64,000 bases of DNA, from IMG/VR virus record IMGVR_UViG_3300021979_000004, positions 128,001-192,000 of that record. One strand, given 5' to 3'. The translations under genes were made by a program, and so were the position numbers. This DNA comes from a virus (lineage: Duplodnaviria; Caudoviricetes). The notes under the pieces are model-generated. The model saw nothing but the letters and a program-made list of their open reading frames with translations, was not told where the DNA came from and did not search any database. This document shows positions 37,484 to 47,617 of the stretch, piece after piece. Numbering within the stretch: the first letter of the stretch is position 1; every line of letters starts with the position of its first letter.

Positions 37484-38035
37484 ATGAGACTAGCATTTGC
37501 TACTGGTATTAACGGCGAGTTTGCCAACAATGGTTCCCTACCTTGGGGTGTTCCAATTAAAGAAGATATGAATCATTTCGTTAAATTCTGTGCTGGAAAA
37601 GTAATGGTCATGGGTTATAAAACATGGCAATCGTTACCTGAGAAAGTCAGAGAAAAATATAAAACTCTGGTTGTTTTTACTCGAAAAGACGACACGTATT
37701 ACAATTTCAAAGGTCTGAAGTTTGTTGTTGAGAATATGTCTCAATTCACATCATTTATTGAATTCCTCTCGCAATGTGAGGATGGTCTTGATCAAAAGAC
37801 TGAATACTGTGTTATTGGTGGTGCTGGTATTGTTGAGGACTGTTTGAAGAATTTGGAAAACTTCGATGCTGTACTTCATACATTAGTTGATCCAAAGGAA
37901 GATGAACTTCCACATACTCAAGCAATATCAAATTCCCTAGTTACACGTTTGGATACATCATTTAAGCGCCAAGAACCGTTCTTTTATGAGAATGATAACT
38001 TTGGCATTACGGTAACCGAATACTATCGAGATTAA
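37484..38035 (+). CDS. frd: Dihydrofolate reductase
   Basis: LPWG...EDMNHF...VMVMGYKTWQSLP...VIGGAGI. Confidence 0.9.
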   Translation: MRLAFATGINGEFANNGSLPWGVPIKEDMNHFVKFCAGKVMVMGYKTWQSLPEKVREKYKTLVVFTRKDDTYYNFKGLKFVVENMSQFTSFIEFLSQCEDGLDQKTEYCVIGGAGIVEDCLKNLENFDAVLHTLVDPKEDELPHTQAISNSLVTRLDTSFKRQEPFFYENDNFGITVTEYYRD

Positions 38036-38036
38036 T

Positions 38037-38609
38037 ATGAATATCTTTAAAAGACTCAGAGAAAAAAGAAAGGCTAATCGCATTCTTAGTAACTATAAAG
38101 AGAACGCGAAAAACATTCTTGTTGGAACTTTCACACGAGGATACTATCTTTCTAAGAAAAGTGGATGGGAATTAAAAGCCTTTAACAATTCCGTTCGAGT
38201 TTTTAATCTCACAGGGAACACTGAGTCATATAAGTTTCCAACGCATTTTGCTTTAAAAGGTCACACCGGAGTTGTCTATATATTTTCTGGGTTAAAGACC
38301 GGAAGTAATAAAAATAATAAAGTAAGTGGCGATTTCGACAAATTTGATGATGCTTTTGTTAATCGAATGAAAAACTATATGTCAACTACTATTGATGGTG
38401 GAAAGGAAGCATTGGAAACAAAGCCTGAAGAAAATAGTATATGCATTCATTTGGATGCATTCGATAGGTTATATTTAACAGCCGTGTGTACTATTTCACA
38501 ACCACATAAAATGATATACTTTGATGAACAGATTAATCTTTATGAACTAAAAAACAAAATTAAAGAACATCTTATAAAAGAATGCTCAATGGTGAGAGAT
38601 AATGAATAA
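38037..38609 (+). CDS. Hypothetical protein
   Basis: Coupled ORF. Confidence 0.55.
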   Translation: MNIFKRLREKRKANRILSNYKENAKNILVGTFTRGYYLSKKSGWELKAFNNSVRVFNLTGNTESYKFPTHFALKGHTGVVYIFSGLKTGSNKNNKVSGDFDKFDDAFVNRMKNYMSTTIDGGKEALETKPEENSICIHLDAFDRLYLTAVCTISQPHKMIYFDEQINLYELKNKIKEHLIKECSMVRDNE

Positions 38610-39135
38610 AATTCTATACTACGAAAACAGTGATGCCGTTCATCACTTTCTAACTAACAACAAATACAACATATTTGCACATGGATCAAACTGCCAAGCA
38701 ACTATGAATAGTGGTATTGCTCGTGATGTAAAAAGTCGTATTCCCGAATTGTATCATGCAGACCTTGAGTATCATTTAGAGGTTGGTGGTGATCATAATC
38801 AAAAGCTTGGTAAGTTCAGTATGGTAAGTTATGAAGATGAAGGTAAGCCACCTCATAAGATGGCATTCAACCTTTACACTCAATTGTTTTACGGTACTGA
38901 GAGACGACACTTTAACTACGGTGCTTTTGTGGAAGCATTGGAAGCTGCCATTAATGAGGCTGTTCGAAGAAAGTGTTATGACACAAACAATTCGCTTAAT
39001 AACACATTGAATGTTATAATCCCTAAGATAGGCTGTGGTTTAGGTGGCGGTGATTGGGAAATCGTCAGTGAAATTCTTCAGTACAAAACATTTAGCAATG
39101 ATGTGAAAGTAATCTTTCACGTACATATTAAGTAA
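38602..39135 (+). CDS. Macro-domain ADP-ribose-processing protein
   Basis: HGSNCxxTMNSGIA, NLYTQ, PKIGCGLGGGDW. Confidence 0.9.
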   Translation: MNKILYYENSDAVHHFLTNNKYNIFAHGSNCQATMNSGIARDVKSRIPELYHADLEYHLEVGGDHNQKLGKFSMVSYEDEGKPPHKMAFNLYTQLFYGTERRHFNYGAFVEALEAAINEAVRRKCYDTNNSLNNTLNVIIPKIGCGLGGGDWEIVSEILQYKTFSNDVKVIFHVHIK

Positions 39136-39145
39136 GGGTATCGTT

Positions 39146-39568
39146 ATGACTGGAATTCTATTAGCACTAAAAATATTTGGTATGGCGTTGTTTTTTATAG
39201 TCCTTCCACTCTTTACTATTTTCTTTGGTATCATTTTGATTACCATGTATATCAATCATAAAATGGGAAGGCTTCATTCTTGGAAAAAAATGACACATCG
39301 TAGAGTATCCCCGAACATTATTTGGGCTGATGACTTCCGAGAAGCGTGTGAGTTGTTCTTGGAAAATTCTAACGATGAAAGAATTAAGAGGGTGTTGCAT
39401 AAGTGTATTATGAACTCAATGCCTTTGATTAATGATGGAGATATAAACCGCAATCGCTGTTCTATTACTGGAATTCCATCGTGGATGCTTAAAGAACAAT
39501 TACGCATAAACCTGAAAGATCAGTACTATGTAGATAATTGGGGTGACATGCCTAAAAAAGTCGTGTAG
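39146..39568 (+). CDS. Membrane-anchored hypothetical protein
   Basis: N-terminal hydrophobic segment. Confidence 0.55.
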   Translation: MTGILLALKIFGMALFFIVLPLFTIFFGIILITMYINHKMGRLHSWKKMTHRRVSPNIIWADDFREACELFLENSNDERIKRVLHKCIMNSMPLINDGDINRNRCSITGIPSWMLKEQLRINLKDQYYVDNWGDMPKKVV

Positions 39569-39599
39569 AATATAGTTAAATCAATCACAGGAGTAACTT

Positions 39600-41276
39600 A
39601 TGATTTATATTATGTTGGGCCTTGTTTGGGCGCTCATTGTTGGGGTAGGCTCTGCCTTTTCCTTTCGTAATTTCAGTGCACCTATCATCGGTGTTTTTTC
39701 TTTTATGGCGTTCCTTTTGGGAACTGCTATTGCTTATATGGCGACACCCTCAATTGGATTCTTCTACATTGGATTCTGGTTTTACGTGCTTCTTCCAATC
39801 GTTTTTGTGTTTTTTGTCTCCGCACTATCTGATAAAGATGTAGTGTCAGGTCTTCCTGCTGTGGCTATCGCCGTTGGGTTCGTTGCATTTCTTGGCCTTG
39901 CGTTTGTTACAACTTCAGAGTTTATGAACAGTGATCGTTACTATCAATTGCTAACGGTTAATACTGAGAAAGAGTTTGATCCTCAAAAGGTTTTCCTTGA
40001 TCAGTCACAAGCACGGTTTGTAGATCAGTCTCTGGCATCACGCTCTGCTAATGAAATCCTTGGTAAAGAACGTGGTATGGCCTCTCGCTATAATGTAGAT
40101 ACTATGCGTATTCAAAACATTAATGGTGAGCTTCGCTGGTTGTCACCACTGAAACATGCTTCATTTACACGTTGGATTGATGACAGTACCGCACCGGGAT
40201 ACGTATCTGTTAGTGTTAATGAGTATTCTGATTCCAAGATGAATGTTGATGATGTTGAAATCAACTATGGTACAAATGGGTTTTATTTCTCATCTGACGT
40301 AGAACGTCATGTGTATCAGAATGGTTTCTCAACAGTTATCGTTGATGACTACACTATGGAAGTTGACGATAGCGGTAAACCGTATTGGGTTGGCTCTATT
40401 CTTGAACCTAAAGTAGGTTTCTCTGGACATGTCGTTACTGGTATCGTTGTCGTAGATGCAAAGACTGGCGAAATCGACCAATATTCCGTAGAAGATGCGC
40501 CAGCTTGGGTTGATCGTATTCAACCAGAAGATGTAGTTCGTGACCTTACTACCTATTGGGGTAAGTATGCGAATAGCTGGTGGGATGGTTTTGTTGGTAA
40601 CAATGTTGTAGTTCCAACATATGGTTCTTCCCTTGTGTTCTCCAAAGAAGGTAACTCTTCGTGGTATACTGGTATGCAATCCAGTAGTGGTAACAAAGAA
40701 AGCTCTATGGGCTTTATGCTGATCGACTCTCGTACCGGCGTAGCGTCTTTCTATCAGCGTTCTGGTATCACTGAAACGGTTGCCCTTCAGAGCATTGAAG
40801 GTCGTGTACAGGAAGCTGAATATAGCTCTTCTTATCCGGTTCCTTACTACATCGGTGGTACAACTACCTTCCTGTCAATCCTGAAGGATAAGCGTGGTAA
40901 CGTACAAGGTGTTGGCCTTGTGTCGTATGACAATCGTTCCACGGTAGTCTATGGTGAGAACTTTAACATCGCACTACGTCGTTATATGTCAGCGCTGTCA
41001 AGTAATGGAAACACTCAGCTTGCAGAAGATGTTGAAATGCTGGTCATTTCTGGAACAGTTGATCGCTCATATGTACAGAGTGTAGACAGTCGTCTGGTAT
41101 TGAACTTTACCCTTGAAGGCGAAGAGTATAAAGGTATCTTCTTCCTTACCTCTGCCGATAGCAATAAATCGGCTATGTTGACTCGTGATGGTGACAACGT
41201 GCAGTTTGAAGTGTATGATATAGAAGGTACTGAAGTTCAAGCTTCTGAATTCACTAACACGACACTAGTACAATGA
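39600..41276 (+). CDS. Membrane protein with four N-terminal TMs and a large soluble domain
   Basis: Hydrophobic aa 1-105, then beta-rich domain; AGGAG RBS. Confidence 0.7.
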   Translation: MIYIMLGLVWALIVGVGSAFSFRNFSAPIIGVFSFMAFLLGTAIAYMATPSIGFFYIGFWFYVLLPIVFVFFVSALSDKDVVSGLPAVAIAVGFVAFLGLAFVTTSEFMNSDRYYQLLTVNTEKEFDPQKVFLDQSQARFVDQSLASRSANEILGKERGMASRYNVDTMRIQNINGELRWLSPLKHASFTRWIDDSTAPGYVSVSVNEYSDSKMNVDDVEINYGTNGFYFSSDVERHVYQNGFSTVIVDDYTMEVDDSGKPYWVGSILEPKVGFSGHVVTGIVVVDAKTGEIDQYSVEDAPAWVDRIQPEDVVRDLTTYWGKYANSWWDGFVGNNVVVPTYGSSLVFSKEGNSSWYTGMQSSSGNKESSMGFMLIDSRTGVASFYQRSGITETVALQSIEGRVQEAEYSSSYPVPYYIGGTTTFLSILKDKRGNVQGVGLVSYDNRSTVVYGENFNIALRRYMSALSSNGNTQLAEDVEMLVISGTVDRSYVQSVDSRLVLNFTLEGEEYKGIFFLTSADSNKSAMLTRDGDNVQFEVYDIEGTEVQASEFTNTTLVQ

Positions 41277-41740
41277 AAGTAATCTATCTGGATATCGATC
41301 AAGTTCTTAACTGTCACGACGATCATGAACGATTGCATAACTCCCTTAAGTCTTCTGGTTTGATTCCAGAAGACATTTTATTCTTCTCTAGGGGAGACTA
41401 TGTAGTTAAAGATAAGCTTGATCGACTGCATGAAATTGTAAATGAATACGATGCAAAGGTTGTTATCGTATCATCTTGGCATACCTTTGATGGAGAGGGT
41501 AAGCGCATTTGTCACTTCCTTGGTGTTAAGCATCATAGTGATGCTTACAATACCGGTGGGGGTGAAGCAAGGGGTCGTGGTGTGATTCAACATGCTAAAG
41601 ACCATGGCATTGCCGATGAAGATTATATTATCATTGATGATGCTGAGTGTATGTATGAAGATCGTTCTAGGCTGGTGCATATTGATGGTCGTAAAGGAAT
41701 CACTGATGACGATGTTGAATATATTAAAAGGTTCTGGTAA
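41273..41740 (+). CDS. HAD-family phosphatase (Swiss-army-knife RNA-repair HAD type)
   Basis: YLDIDQVLN, IVSSW, YIIIDD, HIDGRKGIT. Confidence 0.8.
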   Translation: MKVIYLDIDQVLNCHDDHERLHNSLKSSGLIPEDILFFSRGDYVVKDKLDRLHEIVNEYDAKVVIVSSWHTFDGEGKRICHFLGVKHHSDAYNTGGGEARGRGVIQHAKDHGIADEDYIIIDDAECMYEDRSRLVHIDGRKGITDDDVEYIKRFW

Positions 41741-41742
41741 CT

Positions 41743-42285
41743 ATGTCGGTATATATGACTAAAAATTTAGAATTGTGTGTCGAGAAGCTTAGGCTTTATT
41801 CATCAAAAAGTGGTGCATTTAAACGTGATAAACCAGCAATCGTTTATAAAAAGAAAAAGTTTGATTCATTTCTTTATGCTTTCTTTCTATACCCATTACA
41901 TAGAAAAGAAAGAGAACAGTTTATTAGTGATAGAAAAGCCATTAAAAATATTAAAGAAGCTGGTAAAGAATTAAGAAACCGAGACATTGATTTGAAGGTC
42001 TTAATGGCCTCAAATGATGTTAAGGAAGAAATGGTAATGATAGGTGTTGCTAGTCAAGATGACCATGATTGGGAATTTATGAGTGAACTGTATTTGAGAA
42101 ATATATGTTACCCTCCTATCTATGAAAATAAAATCAGGCTGCTTAAGAACATCGATTATGTTTTAGAATGCAAATCATTAGATAGGGAAAAGTCAAAACG
42201 TTATTTGAAACTTTTGAGAGAAATTAAACAGGAGCTAATTAATGACATCCCCAAAGGCGGTCGTGATAAGCGACTTACATTTTGA
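41743..42285 (+). CDS. Hypothetical protein
   Basis: Coupled ORF. Confidence 0.5.
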   Translation: MSVYMTKNLELCVEKLRLYSSKSGAFKRDKPAIVYKKKKFDSFLYAFFLYPLHRKEREQFISDRKAIKNIKEAGKELRNRDIDLKVLMASNDVKEEMVMIGVASQDDHDWEFMSELYLRNICYPPIYENKIRLLKNIDYVLECKSLDREKSKRYLKLLREIKQELINDIPKGGRDKRLTF

Positions 42286-43042
42286 ATCTATAGGTGATGA
42301 TCTTTTTGAAACCTTCAAAGAAATCGTCCCTGAAAAAATAGCGGACTATATAATTCTTTGTGGAGACATTGACAATCGTACACGAGGAATTTATTTTATT
42401 AGCTATCTTGTTGAACTTGGTTACAAAGTTATCTATGTGCCGGGTAATCATGAATATGAAGATTCAAATTTTGATCACGTCGATAGTTATTATGAGGCGG
42501 TTGATCTTAAAAACTTTTATTACTTAAACAATAAGACTGAAATATTTGATGGTTTTCGTATCATAGGAAGTACATTGTGGGCATCCGCCGATACGTTAAA
42601 GACTGATCCAATTGATGGTCCGATATTCTCTGAATCTGTTGACTATTTTGTTAGACAGAAACTTAAATTCATGATAGATTTTACTAGTATCCATGGTTTT
42701 AGTGTTGATAAAATGGCTGAAAAGTTTAAAGAGAATTATGAATATATTTTAGAAGAATGCTCTAAGCCATTTGATGGCAAGACAATTGTGGTAACACATC
42801 ACGCACCTTCATTTGAAAGTTGTCTAAGTCGTTACCGTGGGAATACAACCAATCACGCATTTGCGAGTGATATGACATGTTTGATTGAAACGAATAAAAT
42901 CGATTATTGGTTACATGGACATATGCATAATTCTTCTGATTACATTATTGGTGATACAAGAATTATATGTAACCCTAGAGGTAATCCATCGACTAAACTT
43001 AATTGGAATTTTGATAATAATAAAACAATAGACTTGGAGTAA
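42242..43042 (+). CDS. Calcineurin-like metallophosphoesterase
   Basis: SDLH, GD, GNHE, THHAP, HGHMH, NPRG. Confidence 0.9.
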   Translation: MTSPKAVVISDLHFESIGDDLFETFKEIVPEKIADYIILCGDIDNRTRGIYFISYLVELGYKVIYVPGNHEYEDSNFDHVDSYYEAVDLKNFYYLNNKTEIFDGFRIIGSTLWASADTLKTDPIDGPIFSESVDYFVRQKLKFMIDFTSIHGFSVDKMAEKFKENYEYILEECSKPFDGKTIVVTHHAPSFESCLSRYRGNTTNHAFASDMTCLIETNKIDYWLHGHMHNSSDYIIGDTRIICNPRGNPSTKLNWNFDNNKTIDLE

Positions 43043-43044
43043 TT

Positions 43045-43437
43045 ATGCAACAAAAACAAAACAACTACGCAATTCATTATCGTGCACAAGTTCTTGCTGA
43101 TACTAATACCAAATACCGTCTAGCTCGTAGAATTATTGAGCTTGAAGATAAGATTAAAGAATATGAAGATAGCGGCGTTGTAGAACTGGACGCAGATAAT
43201 AGAAACCATAACCTTAGAGAAGGTGAAGAGCATATCAAACATTGTATTTGTGGTTACAATGTGGCTGATGAAAATGTTCTAATTGATAGCCTTTATCCAG
43301 CTAATCGTGAACGTACTCAATGGTTATTTGGTTGTATGGTTCATAATGGTGGTTGTGGTCGTCAAGTCTATTCAAATACAAAAGAAGATGTCATCAATCG
43401 TTGGAATAAAGGTGACATCGATGAATATATCAAGTAA
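43045..43437 (+). CDS. Zn-ribbon protein, Lar-like C-terminus
   Basis: CICG ... C-x5-C ... KEDVINRWN. Confidence 0.4.
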   Translation: MQQKQNNYAIHYRAQVLADTNTKYRLARRIIELEDKIKEYEDSGVVELDADNRNHNLREGEEHIKHCICGYNVADENVLIDSLYPANRERTQWLFGCMVHNGGCGRQVYSNTKEDVINRWNKGDIDEYIK

Positions 43438-43446
43438 GGAAATACT

Positions 43447-43833
43447 ATGCCAAAGGTAAGCACACACGAAGATAGAATTAATCCTAATCGTAAACGTAGA
43501 TTACGTAAGAAACTTCATGTTTCTGAATTCAAAGAAACGGGTATGGAGTTGATGATCATGGGTCTATCATCAAGTGATGACGATGATGATAAAATTGATG
43601 AGTTTCTAGATACACTAGAAAGAGTTGGAAAACAATATGGATGGAAATCTGGATATGTTTTATTCAGCAATGAGTTTTCATCCATCCTTTATATTAATAT
43701 TAACGAGATAGCACTACAAGAAAACGGTGGTGTTGATAATTTTATTGATGACCTTATCAAAGAGAGTGAGTATAATATCACAGTAGAACATGTGGAAGAT
43801 GCACACTATCCTGACGAAGATGTGTATTATTAA
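43447..43833 (+). CDS. yggL: YggL/DUF469-like ribosome-associated protein
   Basis: NRKRRLRKKLHVSEFKETG signature. Confidence 0.78.
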   Translation: MPKVSTHEDRINPNRKRRLRKKLHVSEFKETGMELMIMGLSSSDDDDDKIDEFLDTLERVGKQYGWKSGYVLFSNEFSSILYININEIALQENGGVDNFIDDLIKESEYNITVEHVEDAHYPDEDVYY

Positions 43834-43842
43834 CTAAAAGAT

Positions 43843-44676
43843 ATGTGGGGAAGAATGGAATTTTCATACGACGATTTATTAGACCTGTACCAATCAGATA
43901 AGGTGACATTTAACTTGTTGTCATCCGACACAGTTTATTGTTATATGATGGGTTCTGGAACTACTAAATTTGTTTCGCAAGTGCCAGTAGAAGAAAGGAA
44001 AGCAACAGACCTTATTTCTTATGGTTCTTTGTATTTTCCTTACCTCACTAAGAAGTCTTCAGTAAGGTATGCTCGTTGTGACGACATAGATATTGTTGAT
44101 GTTTTGGGTTACATCGAAAAAATACCTAATATTAAAAACATTAATATGTTAGTGGGGAAATACCCATCGGCTCTTCCTGATAAGGAAACCAAGGTTGGTG
44201 TTTATATGCCACCTATTCATTATGTCCTCAATGAGTTCTTTGATCATATTAAATTCAGGTGTGATGAGCTATCGTTTACAACGAGATACAACCACGGTAT
44301 GGATAATAATATCGAAGGTAAGCTTGCAATAGAAATTCCTGAAGGAATGTTCAATCGTGGTGGTGAGTTTTTTAAACGATTCTACGATGGTAAGTTTTTG
44401 CTATCTGAAACATCTTATGGTATATTTAGAACAAGTGGATATGGTATAGTTCATACATACTTCCTAATATTGGGCAGTGACTTTTTAGAAAAAGAAAAGT
44501 TTCAGGAATTCGTAAGAGTCTCGAAACTATTCCATAGTAACAAGTATCAGATAGATGCTGAGAAGACGGTTAACGTATTCATTGGTTCGGATTATAAAAA
44601 GGCTTATCTGGATGGTATATTATCAGGTAACCGTCTCAAAGAAGCTAATCAAATTGTAGGAGAGGTTATAAAATGA
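43843..44676 (+). CDS. Hypothetical protein
   Basis: Long ORF in operon. Confidence 0.6.
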   Translation: MWGRMEFSYDDLLDLYQSDKVTFNLLSSDTVYCYMMGSGTTKFVSQVPVEERKATDLISYGSLYFPYLTKKSSVRYARCDDIDIVDVLGYIEKIPNIKNINMLVGKYPSALPDKETKVGVYMPPIHYVLNEFFDHIKFRCDELSFTTRYNHGMDNNIEGKLAIEIPEGMFNRGGEFFKRFYDGKFLLSETSYGIFRTSGYGIVHTYFLILGSDFLEKEKFQEFVRVSKLFHSNKYQIDAEKTVNVFIGSDYKKAYLDGILSGNRLKEANQIVGEVIK

Positions 44677-45077
44677 GAAAATTATATTTTGGAATGTTTG
44701 TAGTTGCATTCATATTTGTTTCATATTGGTTACTACTAACCTTTGATAGCAACTCAAAAAAGCATGACGCATTAAAGTCCGATACTGAAGTCCTGTTTAT
44801 AATTTGTACAATGGTCAAAACAGATGTTTCATCTGCACGTATTGCAGAAAATACTATCATGCTTCGTCAATCCTTCGAAAACATGAGTCCTGTTGTTATT
44901 GAAAAGAAAAAACAGTTTATTATTTCTGCATTAGAATCTGCTGAAGACAGTGCTAATGTTTACAATAACATTACATCAAAATATACAGAAAGACAGATTG
45001 GTAATCTAAACCTTCCATATAAGCTGGAAACTGAGATTAATACCGATACTGTTATTAAATGTACCAACAGAAAGTAA
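44673..45077 (+). CDS. Exported/membrane-anchored hypothetical protein
   Basis: N-terminal hydrophobic segment; GGAGAGG RBS. Confidence 0.55.
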   Translation: MRKLYFGMFVVAFIFVSYWLLLTFDSNSKKHDALKSDTEVLFIICTMVKTDVSSARIAENTIMLRQSFENMSPVVIEKKKQFIISALESAEDSANVYNNITSKYTERQIGNLNLPYKLETEINTDTVIKCTNRK

Positions 45078-45081
45078 TATT

Positions 45082-45753
45082 ATGATTTCTTTTTCTGATT
45101 TGAAATACATGTATACTCATCCTAGAGTTAGGGTAGTGCAAGGTAAGGCAAAAGAATCCTTAAAGCCCGAGTGGGATAAAGTGAAAGTCACCATCACTCA
45201 AGACTATAAAAGCCAAAATAAAAAAACTTCTTATGGCTGGATGAGTGTCTATCGTGATGATCTGGAAAAGTTTCTAGATGAAAATCCTAGTACTATGATT
45301 AAGCTTCAGTTACCTAAAGCACTGGCTTTGATCATGCAAAGTATTATAAATCAAAATAGTGATGATGATACGTATGTGTGGGTTACTAATCATGCGGAGT
45401 ATGCAATTACGGTTTTGGTTAAAGAAAAGAGATTGTTTAATAAAAACTTCGTTCATACTGATACTGAAGATGTTGATAATAGGTTGAGGCCACAACGGCT
45501 TAATATCTTAAAAAGCATGATGAGAGACTTATATAACATTACGGACTTAGAAGATTATCGATTCTACAGTGTCTTGAATACGGCAGGTATTGAAAAGTAT
45601 GACACTCCTATTGATCTTTCAGAGCAACAGGTTAATGTTTTGAATCAACTATGTCTGTATAAAAGGGTACATCATGTACAATTACCGATCAATATTAACA
45701 GGTCAAAAATTCTAAGCTTTATTAATGTTGGGGTACAACTATGGGACAAGTAA
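45082..45753 (+). CDS. Hypothetical protein
   Basis: Long ORF in operon. Confidence 0.6.
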   Translation: MISFSDLKYMYTHPRVRVVQGKAKESLKPEWDKVKVTITQDYKSQNKKTSYGWMSVYRDDLEKFLDENPSTMIKLQLPKALALIMQSIINQNSDDDTYVWVTNHAEYAITVLVKEKRLFNKNFVHTDTEDVDNRLRPQRLNILKSMMRDLYNITDLEDYRFYSVLNTAGIEKYDTPIDLSEQQVNVLNQLCLYKRVHHVQLPININRSKILSFINVGVQLWDK

Positions 45754-46496
45754 CAATTGATGATTTTATTTTTCTGATGAACAGTCGTCGGGTTGTTCTT
45801 AGTGAAAAAAGTAACCTCACACCCAAACAGTTTTTTAAATGCTCATCGAAAAATAAATGTAATTATAAAATCCTTAAGCGTGTACCTGCTTTAGATTACG
45901 ATCCATCAGATATAGTCGTTGGAAATGGTAAGGCTCGTGTTGTTATCAAAAAGGAAAAGCTACCTAATCGTGAAAATATTGAAAATACATTGTATTGCTA
46001 CCCAGAAGAAGATGAATTCTGTATCTCGGTAGACATTCCTCCTATTGGTTCTTGTATTAAATACTTCTTTGGTGAAAAGGTAGAATATGATGGTAGTTAC
46101 AATGCTGATGGAAATATTCTGGCGCACGATTATCTGTTCATGCTTTCACTGCCAGTCAATCTAAAAGAAGTTCCAAAATCTATTGTAAATCGTTTTACTG
46201 TTTGCAAAATGTATACCAAAAATATCTTTTATAATGGAACTCAGTATTTTTATACTGACATGAATGGTAAGCCTAGAAGCTTTATTAAATACAATCAGAT
46301 GCTTCATATATCAAATAATCTTACCCGAGAGACGGATATTGACTATGAAAAAATAATCAAGGACATTCGTTTTTCCAAAATGGTATGTGTAGATCATTCT
46401 GATAAGCTTTTGGTATCCAGAGAAAAGGATGGAAATATTGACGTAATAAAGCCATACGTTGGAACGGTCTTTAGTATTTTAAAAGAAATGTATTGA
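45741..46496 (+). CDS. Hypothetical protein
   Basis: Long ORF in operon. Confidence 0.6.
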   Translation: MGQVTIDDFIFLMNSRRVVLSEKSNLTPKQFFKCSSKNKCNYKILKRVPALDYDPSDIVVGNGKARVVIKKEKLPNRENIENTLYCYPEEDEFCISVDIPPIGSCIKYFFGEKVEYDGSYNADGNILAHDYLFMLSLPVNLKEVPKSIVNRFTVCKMYTKNIFYNGTQYFYTDMNGKPRSFIKYNQMLHISNNLTRETDIDYEKIIKDIRFSKMVCVDHSDKLLVSREKDGNIDVIKPYVGTVFSILKEMY

Positions 46497-46541
46497 CTTC
46501 GACTATAATTTTATTTAAAATATAATAAAGCCAATGGAGAT

Positions 46542-47042
46542 ATGTTTATGCACATCAAGACCTTCACCACAAACAGCCTTAGTGATAAGTATGAATTCAC
46601 TAATGACATTTTGTTTGATTATGAGTACGAAGGTATTGATGAGGTTCCATATCTCTCACAGGGATTTAATTGTGCTATTGGTGATGAGAACTTCCTTATT
46701 CTTGCCATCGATGAGTTCAAGAATAAGATTGCTGGTGCTGTTGTTATTACTAACAGTCCCAAGGAAACACTAAATGGTACTGGTGCTAAGTCTTGGATTA
46801 ATAGCATCGGTGTTGCAGAAGAGTACCTTGGTCGTAAGCTGGCACGTCAGATGATTCATGAAATGTTCAAAGTATGTGTTGATCAAGGTATCAATAAGAT
46901 TGAACAATCTTCATATACCGACATTGGAAAAGAGCGAATTCGTCGTCTGTTTGAAGAAATTGAAAAAGAATACCCAAGTGTCGAATATATTGATGTATTA
47001 AATGTTGATGAAAATAGTTATTGTGATACTATGGGTGAATAG
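46542..47042 (+). CDS. GNAT acetyltransferase
   Basis: WINSIGVAEEYLGRKLARQMI acetyl-CoA motif A; TTGACT-17-TAAAAT promoter at 46493. Confidence 0.78.
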   Translation: MFMHIKTFTTNSLSDKYEFTNDILFDYEYEGIDEVPYLSQGFNCAIGDENFLILAIDEFKNKIAGAVVITNSPKETLNGTGAKSWINSIGVAEEYLGRKLARQMIHEMFKVCVDQGINKIEQSSYTDIGKERIRRLFEEIEKEYPSVEYIDVLNVDENSYCDTMGE

Positions 47043-47056
47043 TATGGAGTTCGAGA

Positions 47057-47617
47057 ATGAAAGAATTACAAACAGCAAAACGTTTAGGTCATGAAACTGA
47101 TCTAAAATGGTTAACACTTGAAGATGGAAAAATCATTAATGCCATTAAGCATGATGGTAAAGAAATAAAAATTAATGAGATTGGTGAACTAATTCATTCG
47201 TATGATCCAATTGCACCAGTTTCTATGTTTAAAATGTATTTCACTCAAAAGCAATTAAAACAAGAACGAGAAGATAAAAAGGTTATGAAAGAATCTACCA
47301 GTAAAAAAGAACAACCAAAATCTAAGCCTGTCGAAAAGCGTCCTAATAAGCCTAAGCCACAAAAAACAGAAGAGCTAGAAGCGGCTGTGGAAACTGAACA
47401 GTATACCGGTAACTTCCTTCAAGAAACATTCAGTGATACCGTTGAAACAACATGGGTTCTAGAAATCTATAAACTGGATGGTGAACTTTTTTACAGTATT
47501 GAATTTGAAGATGAAGAAGACTTTTCATATCATCTTCGCAAAAAGAAAGAGAAGTTTCCTAACTATAAATTTGTTCGCAAAACGGTGCGTTCTATGGTGA
47601 GCTATGCCGAACTATAA
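47057..47617 (+). CDS. Hypothetical protein
   Basis: GGAG RBS; K/P-rich linker. Confidence 0.6.
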   Translation: MKELQTAKRLGHETDLKWLTLEDGKIINAIKHDGKEIKINEIGELIHSYDPIAPVSMFKMYFTQKQLKQEREDKKVMKESTSKKEQPKSKPVEKRPNKPKPQKTEELEAAVETEQYTGNFLQETFSDTVETTWVLEIYKLDGELFYSIEFEDEEDFSYHLRKKKEKFPNYKFVRKTVRSMVSYAEL

